Source: Bacteroidota bacterium (GTDB taxonomy: Bacteria > Bacteroidota > Bacteroidia > Cytophagales > Cyclobacteriaceae). From it: 60,788 nt of DNA. The stretch is taken from NCBI GenBank assembly GCA_024643595.1, contig JAHEMS010000001.1, positions 1 through 60,788 of the forward strand. Reading direction: 5' to 3'. Shown here in pieces: positions 47,897 to 57,375 of the stretch; the stretch's first letter is position 1; each line of letters begins with the position of its first letter. The position numbers and the translations under genes are program-made. Under the pieces are notes generated by a model that saw only the letters and a program-made list of their open reading frames with translations, did no database searches and had not been told where the DNA came from.

Positions 47897-48982
47897 ATGA
47901 GAAGAATATTAATACCGATTCTGTTCCTCATTGTGATGGCATGTGTAGACCCACTCAATGTAAAGTTGCCTGGTTCAGAAAGACGGCTGGTCGTTGATGG
48001 TTTAATTACCGATCAGCCAGGTCCTTATCAGGTAAAACTATATTACTCCAATCAACTTAGTTCAATCAGGCTTGTCCCTTTTGATCCGGTAACACTTGCC
48101 CAGGTATCTATTTTTGATGATCAGAACAATAAGCATGTATTAACGGAAATCACTCCGGGAATTTATGAAACGAATAGAGATGAATTCAAAGGAGAGATTG
48201 GCAGGGGCTACTTCCTATCCATAAGGACAAGCGATGGAAGGGAATATAAATCTGATGTGCAACACATGGTGGCCTCAGGTGAAATCAGCAATATTTATTT
48301 TGAGTTTGAAACGAATAATTTATTAAAGGAGGACTATTACTTAAAAGTATTCATTGATGCTAAAGGAGCTTTGGAGGAAGATAATCTCTTTCGTTGGCGA
48401 TGGACAACCATTCACAAAACAAAATCATATCCAGAGCGTCAAACAAAATCTACTCCTGGTGGTGAGATTCCTATTCCACCGCTGTGCAGCGGATATGTTT
48501 ATCAGCGAGGACAACTTATTAGAGTGGGAGACTGCACTTGCTGTATTTGCTGGTCTTATAATTATAGTGATGGCGCTTTTGTATCGCACAATGAGTTTGT
48601 AAGCGAAAATCAATTTAATAAGCAGTTCCTGGGCTCCATTCCCGTTACTTCAATGCACTTCAGCGATCGCTATTATATTCAGGTGGAGCAATTGAGCCTT
48701 TCTGAAGAAGCTTATCATTTCTGGAGTCTTGTAGAGAAGCAACAAGTTGGCAGCACTAATTTATTTCAGCCAAACGCCATAAAGATCAGGGGTAATGTAA
48801 AGAACATCAGTAATCCTGATGAAGAGGTTTTGGGTTTCTTTGGAGTATCGGGTGTAGCGATAAAGTCACTATATATTCAGGAATCAGAGGTGCCTATTAG
48901 ATTACCTGAACAGGATCCCGTCAATTACTCCTGTTTGCAATATTTTAAAAATGCAACAACGGAAAAACCATTTTTTTGGTAA
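47897..48982 (+). CDS. DUF4249-family lipoprotein
   Basis: Lipobox VMAC, LVVDGLIT, SLSEEAY.FW, GNV, VLGFF; follows the TonB-dependent receptor. Confidence 0.85.
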   Translation: MRRILIPILFLIVMACVDPLNVKLPGSERRLVVDGLITDQPGPYQVKLYYSNQLSSIRLVPFDPVTLAQVSIFDDQNNKHVLTEITPGIYETNRDEFKGEIGRGYFLSIRTSDGREYKSDVQHMVASGEISNIYFEFETNNLLKEDYYLKVFIDAKGALEEDNLFRWRWTTIHKTKSYPERQTKSTPGGEIPIPPLCSGYVYQRGQLIRVGDCTCCICWSYNYSDGAFVSHNEFVSENQFNKQFLGSIPVTSMHFSDRYYIQVEQLSLSEEAYHFWSLVEKQQVGSTNLFQPNAIKIRGNVKNISNPDEEVLGFFGVSGVAIKSLYIQESEVPIRLPEQDPVNYSCLQYFKNATTEKPFFW

Positions 48983-48985
48983 GTC

Positions 48986-50644
48986 ATGCGATCAATTTCC
49001 CTAATTATATTTCTCATTACATTTTTTGCTTTTATGCAGAGCGTAGATGCCCAAACAATCAGCGTAGCAAATCAGTCTGAGAATCGCAACTTATGGATTG
49101 TTTTCAATCAACCTGAATATGCGCCAGGGGACACGGCTTATTTTACAGGATACTATCATTCCATGGAAAAGCAGATAGTGAGTATCAAATTGTTTGGACC
49201 TGCCAAAGAATTAATATATCACGCCCGAGTTTTATTTCAGCATGGAGCTGGACGTGGCCAGATAATAATTCCACAAAACTATGAGCCAGGTAGTTATCAG
49301 TATGTCTGTTATTCAGAATCAAAAACCATGGAAGATAGCCCATTTTACTATTTTGGTCATCTAGCGATTTCAAGCAACAATCATTTTAACACAAGGTCGA
49401 TCCAGATTCAGGAAGACACTACCAATATTATTATCGCAACAGACAAGGAGAAATATCAACGAAGAAGCAGGGTAATTTTGTCGATTAGTCCCCAGGATTT
49501 GCCGAAATCATCAACCTTGGTTTCCATTGCGGTTTATAATGAACAACTTTTTCATCATGATACCAATCAGCATTTAACATCAATTTCAGTAGCTGCTGGG
49601 ATGAAACTGAATTCAGATAAGATTAAAGTGACTTCAAAATTTCCTGGTTTTCCTGATTACTTTACGGGCAGGGCCATCAACAATTCTAACGGCCAGGCTG
49701 TATCGGATTCTACTAAAATCACATTTTATTTAAGCAATGATGATTTTGCTTATGAAACGTATACTAAAAACGGTGGCTATTTTTCCTTCCCGTTATTTAA
49801 AAATTACCGAGATGAGAGTATTTATTACAGAATAAGTTATAAAGGAGTTCGGCTAATGGATTGTAAAATTATTATGGATGATGTGTCAATAAATGATGAA
49901 CTACTGACAACGTGGCGAAGTGACACGATGAATACATATGGCATTTATGCTTTTCAAAAGCAATTTATTAACAAGTCATTTCATTATTTCAATAGGGAAA
50001 TCAAGGTTAACTCCATCAATAATTTTGTTAGCGATGTTGAGGCGGATAAGGAGGTTTTGCTGGATAAATTTGAGCCGTTTGTATCGATGGCAGAAGTTAT
50101 CTCTAATGTTGTGCCATCTGTTAGGTATAAAAAGAGTGGTAATGATGAACGGATTCGAATCTTCCTGGAACGCACGGCTGAATTAGGCGAAAGTGATCCT
50201 ATTTATATTGTGGATGGTATAATGACAGATGATACTCGCTATATATTGAATTTGGATCCGAAGGTTGTCCGCAAAATAGGCGTGCTTTTCAGCAAGGATG
50301 TGTTAGTCAGGTTTGGCGACCTTGGTCTTGATGGAATGCTTGTTATAGAAACTAATATCTTGGATCATAGCCAACTTTCATCCGCAAATAGACTTTCTGT
50401 TGTTGGCATAGGCAGCGAAATGGAATATAAAAAGGTCGCATATCGTGAGAATAATAATTCAAGACTTCCTGACTTGAGATCGTCTTTGTATTGGAATCCT
50501 AATGCCGAAATAACGAAGGCAAACACATTTGATTTTTATACCAGTGATGATATTGGTTACTATATCATTCAAATAGTGGGAGTTGTTAATGGTCAGAGAT
50601 TTTATTCTACAAAAAGGTTTTATGTCTCTTCTGACCTTGATTAA
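48986..50644 (+). CDS. Exported protein with MG2-like N-terminus and plug-like segment
   Basis: Signal peptide; YAPGDT.YF, TDKEKY, PIYIVDG, PDLRSSLYWNP, FYTSD. Confidence 0.7.
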   Translation: MRSISLIIFLITFFAFMQSVDAQTISVANQSENRNLWIVFNQPEYAPGDTAYFTGYYHSMEKQIVSIKLFGPAKELIYHARVLFQHGAGRGQIIIPQNYEPGSYQYVCYSESKTMEDSPFYYFGHLAISSNNHFNTRSIQIQEDTTNIIIATDKEKYQRRSRVILSISPQDLPKSSTLVSIAVYNEQLFHHDTNQHLTSISVAAGMKLNSDKIKVTSKFPGFPDYFTGRAINNSNGQAVSDSTKITFYLSNDDFAYETYTKNGGYFSFPLFKNYRDESIYYRISYKGVRLMDCKIIMDDVSINDELLTTWRSDTMNTYGIYAFQKQFINKSFHYFNREIKVNSINNFVSDVEADKEVLLDKFEPFVSMAEVISNVVPSVRYKKSGNDERIRIFLERTAELGESDPIYIVDGIMTDDTRYILNLDPKVVRKIGVLFSKDVLVRFGDLGLDGMLVIETNILDHSQLSSANRLSVVGIGSEMEYKKVAYRENNNSRLPDLRSSLYWNPNAEITKANTFDFYTSDDIGYYIIQIVGVVNGQRFYSTKRFYVSSDLD

Positions 50645-50661
50645 AGGAATGGGTTCAAAGA

Positions 50662-51228
50662 CTAATTGAAGTTAATAACTCCTTGCGGAGTGATACACTG
50701 ATTAAGGGGCCTGTCCAATGGGTTGACATCATCAATGATTACTTCTTCGAAAAAGGAAATGCCAATTTTCTTGCACGTCGGTTTGCAGATAGATAGCAGC
50801 TTATCATAATAGCCCTTACCGAAGCCAACGCGATGTCCATATTGATCAAAGGCAAGTAAGGGTACTAAAACCATGTCAATATCTTGTGCATTTACCGGCA
50901 TCCCGCTTTTGGGTTCTGTCATTCCCCATTTGGTGCTTTCAAGTTGATGGTTGCCATCAAAAAAAATATTTTCCATTGTATCCCCGACTACTTTGGGAAT
51001 CACTAACCGGATATGGTGAACTTCTTTTCTTATCCGATCTATAATTTGCCAGGTATCAGGCTCATGTTTTGATTTGATGGGCAAAAATATGTGCAGAATT
51101 TTTATTGGTGACAAGTCGACAGTAGCGAAGAAAAGTTCAGCGATTTTGTTACTTGATAACCTGTGTTCACTTTCCGTTAACGCACTCCGTTTAGCGAGAT
51201 AGATCTTTCGAAGTTCATCTTTATTCAT
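50662..51228 (-). CDS. 5-formyltetrahydrofolate cyclo-ligase
   Basis: KDELR, EPDT, WGMTEP, LVPLLAFD, RVGFGKGYYD. Confidence 0.93.
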   Translation of the reverse strand: MNKDELRKIYLAKRSALTESEHRLSSNKIAELFFATVDLSPIKILHIFLPIKSKHEPDTWQIIDRIRKEVHHIRLVIPKVVGDTMENIFFDGNHQLESTKWGMTEPKSGMPVNAQDIDMVLVPLLAFDQYGHRVGFGKGYYDKLLSICKPTCKKIGISFFEEVIIDDVNPLDRPLNQCITPQGVINFN

Positions 51229-52786
51229 AAAACAAAAGGTTGAACTTAAAATCAAAAGGATCAAAAACGTTTAGGAGTTTCTGTATGAACTGTGAATCTT
51301 TCTGATAGAAGTTTAAAAAGTTGTCAACCCGTTCTTGTGGGTTTCCATGAGGGAAAAGAATGTCTTTCACAGCCTCAAGCTGTCCAAGTTTTTCATGATG
51401 AATCCGTTTTTCAGCGCGTAACACTTTCTTTTCAATTTTTTCCAGGCTGGTAGCAGTACGTGTTGCCTGAGCCTCAACAAATTTAATCAACGTAGGGTCA
51501 ATACGCCCGGCACGATCACGAATTAATGAAAATTGTTCAACAAATAAGTCCATCTCTTTGCCAAAAGATAGATCGTGCTGGGTGTTTTTAATAATCCATT
51601 GATTGAACAAATTATTTTTTTCATCGAATACATTTTTATAGTCGAGGCCTGTTTTTTCAAATTTACGGGCTACATCCTTTTCTATTACCAGGGCAAAGTT
51701 TCTTGGCATTAACATAGGTAAAGGAATTTTGAAATGATCGAATACGCCCTTTAGCTGTAACCAATACACCACTTCGGCTGGTCCACCCACGTAGGCCAGG
51801 TTAGGCAATATTACTTCCTGGTATAATGGCCTCAAAATTACGTTGGGGCTAAATTTCTCCGGTTCGGTTTCAATCAGTTTAGTAATCTCTTCTTTTGTAA
51901 ACCGTATGGTTGTGTCAACGACATGAAATTGTCCATCTTTTTCTTCAATCCGGCTCCTTAGGCTTTTATCAAGAAAGAAAAAATTAGTGTCTCTTGCGAA
52001 AACCTGAGGGTGGTATCCCAACGCTTCTAATTGTCGATCTTGTTCATCGACGAGTCTTTTGGGTGTGTGATTAAATAGATCATCAGTAATTACCGGCTGA
52101 AATAGTTTTTTTAAACTATGATCATCAGCGTCCAGCACAATCAACCCTTCATCGCCGAATAGTTCATTGACATAATATCGTACAGATTCGCTTAAAGAAT
52201 TATGTTTTACATAGGCATTCTTGAAGACACTTAATTCACCTGGAATTTCTAAAAATAATTTTTGAATTGATGCTGGATTAAAACGCCCCACAGCACCTTG
52301 TTGATCAGTTTCCCAGGTGTATTTCTTTCCGTATAATCTAAAGTACTTGATCTCCTCATAGTCATGATCTTCCGAAGCCATCCAGTAAACGGGTACAAAA
52401 TTATTATCCGGAAACGCCTTTTTTAGTTCTTTGCACGCATTGATTACAGTAACGATTTTGTAAATGAAATAGAGTGGACCAGTAAAGATATTGAGCTGGT
52501 GACCGGTGGTAATTGTGAATGTATTGGAACGGGAAAGTAAATTAATGTTTGTTTTGACCGCTTCTTTCTGTAGATGATTCTTGTATTGACTCAGCAGTGT
52601 AGATACCAAAGTGCTGCGATGAGTGTCAGGGAATGATTGTTTTTTGAGACCCATCTGTTCTTCAAAATTTTCCGATGCCGGAAAAAGAGAATAGAATTTT
52701 TTTAATGTTTCCTTTTGCTGAATGTAATCGATAAAGAAAGTGGAGAATGAATTAGTTTGTGCGAACGGAATTTTTTGAACACGCAT
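51221..52786 (-). CDS. bshC: Bacillithiol biosynthesis cysteine-adding enzyme
   Basis: TTGHQL, YWMASEDHD, FSPNVILRP, YVGGPAE..YW, PQER. Confidence 0.95.
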   Translation of the reverse strand: MRVQKIPFAQTNSFSTFFIDYIQQKETLKKFYSLFPASENFEEQMGLKKQSFPDTHRSTLVSTLLSQYKNHLQKEAVKTNINLLSRSNTFTITTGHQLNIFTGPLYFIYKIVTVINACKELKKAFPDNNFVPVYWMASEDHDYEEIKYFRLYGKKYTWETDQQGAVGRFNPASIQKLFLEIPGELSVFKNAYVKHNSLSESVRYYVNELFGDEGLIVLDADDHSLKKLFQPVITDDLFNHTPKRLVDEQDRQLEALGYHPQVFARDTNFFFLDKSLRSRIEEKDGQFHVVDTTIRFTKEEITKLIETEPEKFSPNVILRPLYQEVILPNLAYVGGPAEVVYWLQLKGVFDHFKIPLPMLMPRNFALVIEKDVARKFEKTGLDYKNVFDEKNNLFNQWIIKNTQHDLSFGKEMDLFVEQFSLIRDRAGRIDPTLIKFVEAQATRTATSLEKIEKKVLRAEKRIHHEKLGQLEAVKDILFPHGNPQERVDNFLNFYQKDSQFIQKLLNVFDPFDFKFNLLFYE

Positions 52787-52888
52787 GATTAGCAGCAGGT
52801 GAGTTGACAAAAAAACATACCTCGAATAACGTCTAAAATTTGATAAAGTTTGAAAATTTCAGGCACCAAATTAAACCTTCATAAGTTG

Positions 52889-54199
52889 TTAAACCGGTTT
52901 GGCAATAAGATCAAATTCAGTAGCGCTGGTCACCTGAGCATGGATAAAGCTACCAACGCTCAGATACTCTTGAGTGCCATCCAATAAAACCTCATTATCA
53001 ACTTCTGGCGAATCAAATTCGGTACGGCCAATGAAATTTCCTGATTCTTTGCGATCGATCAAAACCTTGAAGATGTTTCCTATTTTTGCACGATTAAGTT
53101 CAAGCGATATGCCTTGCTGTAGTTCCATCAGCGAATCTACTCGCTCTTGTTTCAACGCATCTGTCAGATCATCAGCCATAGAGTAAGAATGCGTTTGATC
53201 TTCATGAGAGTATGGGAAAACACCCAGACGATCAAATCGCATGTGCTCCACAAAGTTCATCATCTCAGCAAAGTCTTGTTCCGTTTCGCCCGGATGCCCA
53301 GCAATCAAGGTGGTGCGAATCGCTATATCCGGTACCTTTTCACGAATAGTTTTTAGCAATGATTCGGTTTTTTCCCGGGTTGTGCCACGTCTCATAATCT
53401 GGAGCATTCGGCTTGACCCATGCTGCAAGGGGATATCCAGGTACTTGCAAATGTTTGTGCGTTGTGCCATCACGTCAAGGGCATCCATGGGAAAACCGGT
53501 TGGGAAAGCATAATGAAGCCGAATCCATTCAATGCCTTCCACATCTGATAGGCGTTGAAGAAGTTCGGCCAGGTTTCTCTTCTTATATAAATCCAACCCG
53601 TAATAGGTAGAATCCTGTGCGATTAGCAGTAATTCCTTCGTGCCTTTTTTTGCCAGGTTTTTTGCTTCCAAAACTAACTCCTCCATCGGTTTGGAAATAT
53701 GTTTTCCACGCATAATAGGAATGGCACAAAATGAACAGGGCCGATCACATCCTTCAGATATTTTCAGATAGGCGTAATGACTTGGGTTAGTCAATATTCG
53801 CTCTCCTACTAATTCATGTTTATAGTTTGCGTTGAGCTGTTTTAACAAACGTGAAAGATCACGCGTACCAAACCATGCGTCTACATCCGGAATCTCTTTT
53901 TCAAGTTCAGACTTATACCGTTCGGAAAGACAGCCAGTCACATAGACCTTTTCAACCACTCCATCCTCTTTCGCATCCACATACCGTAAAATGGTGTCAA
54001 TCGATTCCTGTTTGGCATTGTCGATGAATCCGCACGTATTGATGACTACTATATTGGCATCGTCTTTATTGGATTCATGTGTTGTCTCAATCCCATTACC
54101 ACGTAATTGGGTTAGTAACACTTCAGAATCAACCAGGTTTTTAGAACAACCCAGCGTAACGATGTTGACTTTTGTATTTTTGGAACCTTTTGTTTTCAA
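52889..54199 (-). CDS. rimO: Ribosomal protein S12 methylthiotransferase
   Basis: LGCSKNLVDSE, NTCGFI, radical SAM CDRPCSFC, TRAM domain SPEVD. Confidence 0.96.
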   Translation of the reverse strand: MKTKGSKNTKVNIVTLGCSKNLVDSEVLLTQLRGNGIETTHESNKDDANIVVINTCGFIDNAKQESIDTILRYVDAKEDGVVEKVYVTGCLSERYKSELEKEIPDVDAWFGTRDLSRLLKQLNANYKHELVGERILTNPSHYAYLKISEGCDRPCSFCAIPIMRGKHISKPMEELVLEAKNLAKKGTKELLLIAQDSTYYGLDLYKKRNLAELLQRLSDVEGIEWIRLHYAFPTGFPMDALDVMAQRTNICKYLDIPLQHGSSRMLQIMRRGTTREKTESLLKTIREKVPDIAIRTTLIAGHPGETEQDFAEMMNFVEHMRFDRLGVFPYSHEDQTHSYSMADDLTDALKQERVDSLMELQQGISLELNRAKIGNIFKVLIDRKESGNFIGRTEFDSPEVDNEVLLDGTQEYLSVGSFIHAQVTSATEFDLIAKPV

Positions 54200-54270
54200 C
54201 GTAATAAATAAAGGGGCGAATTTACTAAAAATACAGTCCTTGCGACCCTACCCTACGGTGTAGTAAGGGT

Positions 54271-54278
54271 TATATTTG
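54271..54278 (+). promoter_or_regulatory. -7 promoter element TATATTTG
   Basis: Exact TAnnTTTG followed by CA, 19 nt before the GTG start at 54298. Confidence 0.65.
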
Positions 54279-54297
54279 CATCTTCAACTAAGCAAGA

Positions 54298-54735
54298 GTG
54301 AGAATTGTTCAAATAACCGTATTGTTTTTTCTGCTTACAGGTTGTCTGAATGAACCAGATTGCCTCATAACCAGCACCAACCTGGTGAAGATATACTTCA
54401 AAAAGGATTCAAAAACTCCTCGAGAAATTACGTTTACTAAAATTAACGCATCCGGTTTGTCAACTGATTTTTATGCAGAACAGAAAGTAACAGCCGTTCT
54501 GTTGCCGGTTGATCCACAGGCGACTGAAACGACATTTACATTTTATTTCGAAGGCAGGACTGAAACGATGCATCTGAATTATTTGAAAAAGTCAGAAATC
54601 ATATCCGCAAATTGTGGAGCATTTACCAATTATACAGGATTAACTGTTTCTGAATCAACCTTTGAATTATTCAACATAACTAATACCCAATTATTAATTA
54701 ATGCTCCAAGTAATCTCGAGATATTTGTTGAGTAG
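54298..54735 (+). CDS. DUF6452-like lipoprotein
   Basis: Lipobox LTGC..EPDC, LPVDP, IS.NCG; pairs with the downstream barrel gene. Confidence 0.7.
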   Translation: MRIVQITVLFFLLTGCLNEPDCLITSTNLVKIYFKKDSKTPREITFTKINASGLSTDFYAEQKVTAVLLPVDPQATETTFTFYFEGRTETMHLNYLKKSEIISANCGAFTNYTGLTVSESTFELFNITNTQLLINAPSNLEIFVE

Positions 54736-55381
54736 TGTGTTGTTGCTTTATTTTATTGGTGCCCAGGCTCAGGATGATAAAGAATATGATTCACTAAGGA
54801 AAATCCGAAAACCTACCGCAGTGAGGATAGGAACAGATTTAATTGCGATTGGGAAGACAATGTTTAACAGCCCTCTTTCCGGATGGGAATTAAATGCCGA
54901 TACTGATTTTGGTCGGTATTTTCTTGCTATGGATGTTGGATCCTGGTCACGCAAGGATAGCTTGAATAATGGTTATTACGAAAATAGTGGCCAGTACTTA
55001 AGGGTTGGTGTCGATATAAATTTTCTTTTGAAAGATCCTGATAAGAACATGGTCTTCCTTGGATTTCGATATGGACGATCTTCATTTGATGAAAAATTGA
55101 CTTATGTGACATCCCTGGATGATTTTGGCGAAATTTTAACCGTTTCGTCTAATCCAAAGGCAACATCAGGATGGGGCGAATTGACTACAGGATTACGGGT
55201 AAAAATGTGGAAATCTATTTGGATGGGTTATACGGCAAGGTTAAAGTTTGCAGCCAGCTCAAAAGGCAATTCTGAAATGCAAACGTATGATATACCAGGT
55301 TTTGGTAAAACCACAAAAAGTATTTACTGGGGATTTAATTACCAGATTTTTTACCGAATACCTTTTCAAAAAGAGAGATAG
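54701..55381 (+). CDS. DUF6048-like outer-membrane beta-barrel protein
   Basis: Signal peptide, RIGTDL, G.YLRVGVD.N, IPGFG, NYQIFYRIPF. Confidence 0.75.
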   Translation: MLQVISRYLLSSVLLLYFIGAQAQDDKEYDSLRKIRKPTAVRIGTDLIAIGKTMFNSPLSGWELNADTDFGRYFLAMDVGSWSRKDSLNNGYYENSGQYLRVGVDINFLLKDPDKNMVFLGFRYGRSSFDEKLTYVTSLDDFGEILTVSSNPKATSGWGELTTGLRVKMWKSIWMGYTARLKFAASSKGNSEMQTYDIPGFGKTTKSIYWGFNYQIFYRIPFQKER

Positions 55382-55387
55382 AAACAC

Positions 55388-56347
55388 TCAATTTTGTTGA
55401 AATAAGGAATTCACAAATTCCAGCTTGTTGAATACTTGTAAGTCATCCACTTTTTCGCCTACACCAATGTAATTAACTGGAATTTTAAATTCGTCAGAAA
55501 TCCCAATCACCACTCCGCCCTTTGCCGTACCATCTAATTTTGTAATAGTCAGGCAAGTGACTTCGGTCGCTTTCGTAAACTCACGCGCTTGGATCACGGC
55601 ATTTTGACCCGTGCTTCCGTCCAGTACAAGCATAACATCATGAGGAGCTGATGGAATTACTTTTTCCATCACCCTTTTGATTTTCGACAACTCAGCCATC
55701 AGGTTTATTTTGGTGTGCAATCTGCCAGCGGTGTCAATGATTATAATATCCGCATTCATTTCAAGACCCTTCTTTAAAGTGTCAAAAGCAACCGCTGATG
55801 GATCTGTATTCATTCCGAGCGAAACAACAGGCACTCCGATTCGTTCGCCCCACAGTTTTAGTTGCTCGACAGCAGCGGCCCTAAAAGTATCTCCAGCGCC
55901 CAGAACAACCGATTTTCCTTTCTTCTTATACTGGGCAGCCAATTTTCCAATCGTGGTTGTTTTACCTACGCCATTGACCCCCACTACCATAATCACATAC
56001 GGTTTTATTCCATCGGGCACCTCAAAATCGGCAAGATCCTGTGAATTGTTTTCCGCCAATAGAGAAGCTATTTCTTCTCGTAAGATTCGATCCAATTCAG
56101 AAGTGCCGAGGTATTTATCGCGGCTTACCCTATCCTGTATGCGTCCAATAATTTTTAGCGTGGTTTCAACTCCCACATCAGAAGAAATAAGGATCTCTTC
56201 CAGATTGTCCAGTACGGCATCATCAACGGTAGATTTTCCGGCAATGGCTTTAGTCAGTTTCCCAAAAAAGTTGTCCTTCGATTTCTGAAGACCCTGATCG
56301 AGGCTTTCTTTTTTCTCTTTTGAAAAAAAACCAGAAAAGATTGACAT
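55388..56347 (-). CDS. ftsY: Signal recognition particle receptor
   Basis: GVNGVGKTTT, DTFRAAA, DTAGRL, TKLDGTAKGG. Confidence 0.97.
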   Translation of the reverse strand: MSIFSGFFSKEKKESLDQGLQKSKDNFFGKLTKAIAGKSTVDDAVLDNLEEILISSDVGVETTLKIIGRIQDRVSRDKYLGTSELDRILREEIASLLAENNSQDLADFEVPDGIKPYVIMVVGVNGVGKTTTIGKLAAQYKKKGKSVVLGAGDTFRAAAVEQLKLWGERIGVPVVSLGMNTDPSAVAFDTLKKGLEMNADIIIIDTAGRLHTKINLMAELSKIKRVMEKVIPSAPHDVMLVLDGSTGQNAVIQAREFTKATEVTCLTITKLDGTAKGGVVIGISDEFKIPVNYIGVGEKVDDLQVFNKLEFVNSLFQQN

Positions 56348-56385
56348 GGCTAAACGTTCAAATATGTTTATAAAAGTAACAGAAA

Positions 56386-56408
56386 TAAAAAAGTCCCCGT
56401 TGGGGACT
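56386..56408 (-). terminator. Intrinsic terminator after rpmB-rpmG-DUF4295
   Basis: AGTCCCC / GGGGACT stem (56392-56408) followed by a T-run on the minus strand. Confidence 0.8.
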
Positions 56409-56433
56409 CTTAGATTTTCTATTTTCTTAAGAA

Positions 56434-56589
56434 TTATTTCTTTGCAAGAGTCTCTTTTACAAGATCAGCTACTACAATTTCTTCTTTGAAGATGTAAGCA
56501 CCTGTTTTTTCAGATTTCACAGCACGGATCACTTTTGCATAGTTCTTTCCGTCTGTTTTCTTTAGGGAAGCAACAACTTTCTTTGCCAT
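56434..56589 (-). CDS. DUF4295-family small protein (51 aa, absent from the ORF track)
   Basis: Manual translation MAKKVVASLKKTDGKNYAKVIRAVKSEKTGAYIFKEEIVVADLVKETLAKK*; usual position between rpmG and ftsY. Confidence 0.92.
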   Translation of the reverse strand: MAKKVVASLKKTDGKNYAKVIRAVKSEKTGAYIFKEEIVVADLVKETLAKK

Positions 56590-56591
56590 GA

Positions 56592-56774
56592 TTACTTAAT
56601 TTCTTTGTGTAGGGTGTATTTCTTTAAAATCGAATTGTACTTCTTAAGCTCAATTCGCTCAGGAGTATTTTTCCGGTTTTTAGTGGTAATGTGGCGGCTC
56701 ATGCCTGGCATTCCGCTGGTTTTGTGCTCAGTGCACTCTAAAATTACCTGGATTCTGTTTCCTTTCTTTGCCAT
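56592..56774 (-). CDS. rpmG: 50S ribosomal protein L33
   Basis: [39 protein letters not shown]. Confidence 0.97.
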   Translation of the reverse strand: MAKKGNRIQVILECTEHKTSGMPGMSRHITTKNRKNTPERIELKKYNSILKKYTLHKEIK

Positions 56775-56793
56775 AAAGCAGTTTTTTTAAATT

Positions 56794-57030
56794 TTAGACA
56801 GCAAAACCGTTTGCGCGTGCTTCTTTAAGAACGGCAGTAATGCCTTTCAGATTTATCGTTTTAAGTGCCTTGGTTGACAATTTTAACGTAATCCATTTAT
56901 TTTCTTCAGGAATAAAGAACCGCTTGGTCTGAAGATTTGGGTAGAACCTGCGCTTCGACCTATTGTTAGCATGTGAAACCTTATTCCCTACCTGTGGTCT
57001 CTTTCCTGTGATTTGACAAACTCGTGCCAT
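56794..57030 (-). CDS. rpmB: 50S ribosomal protein L28
   Basis: [26 protein letters not shown]. Confidence 0.97.
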   Translation of the reverse strand: MARVCQITGKRPQVGNKVSHANNRSKRRFYPNLQTKRFFIPEENKWITLKLSTKALKTINLKGITAVLKEARANGFAV

Positions 57031-57375
57031 AAACTTTGATTTATTTAACCCTTCTTAAAAAGGATTGCAAATATCGGGAAAAGCCTCCTAATAATCCAAG
57101 TCAACCGGAAAGAAAGGTGAATGATTTGAATATTGGTATAGCAAACTTGAAGTTAAAGCCTGTTACAAAAAGAAAAACCACCCTCAGCTATCTTAAAATC
57201 AATGGTTTACAAGGAATTTGGGGATCAGCGTATCACTGATTAATGTCCTGTTTCAACAGAATTATATATAATATTATTTTTTAAGCTAAATGTTCGGCCA
57301 TTGATAAGCCCAAATTAATAGCAAAATGAGGGCTGAGGATTCACCTGATGCTGCGAATTACGATTTTTACAGCTA

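Noticed and set aside
55677-56288. 203-aa ORF opposite ftsY
   Set aside because: Typical antisense open frame of a conserved gene; no independent evidence.
56592-56774. L33 lacking the two CxxC zinc motifs as a zinc-starvation paralogue
   Set aside because: This is the ordinary Bacteroidota form in its ordinary operon.
57036-57375. 67-aa plus-strand ORF and a 345-nt gap upstream of rpmB
   Set aside because: The ORF overlaps the rpmB promoter and has no motif; only short scattered inverted matches, not enough to call an RNA.
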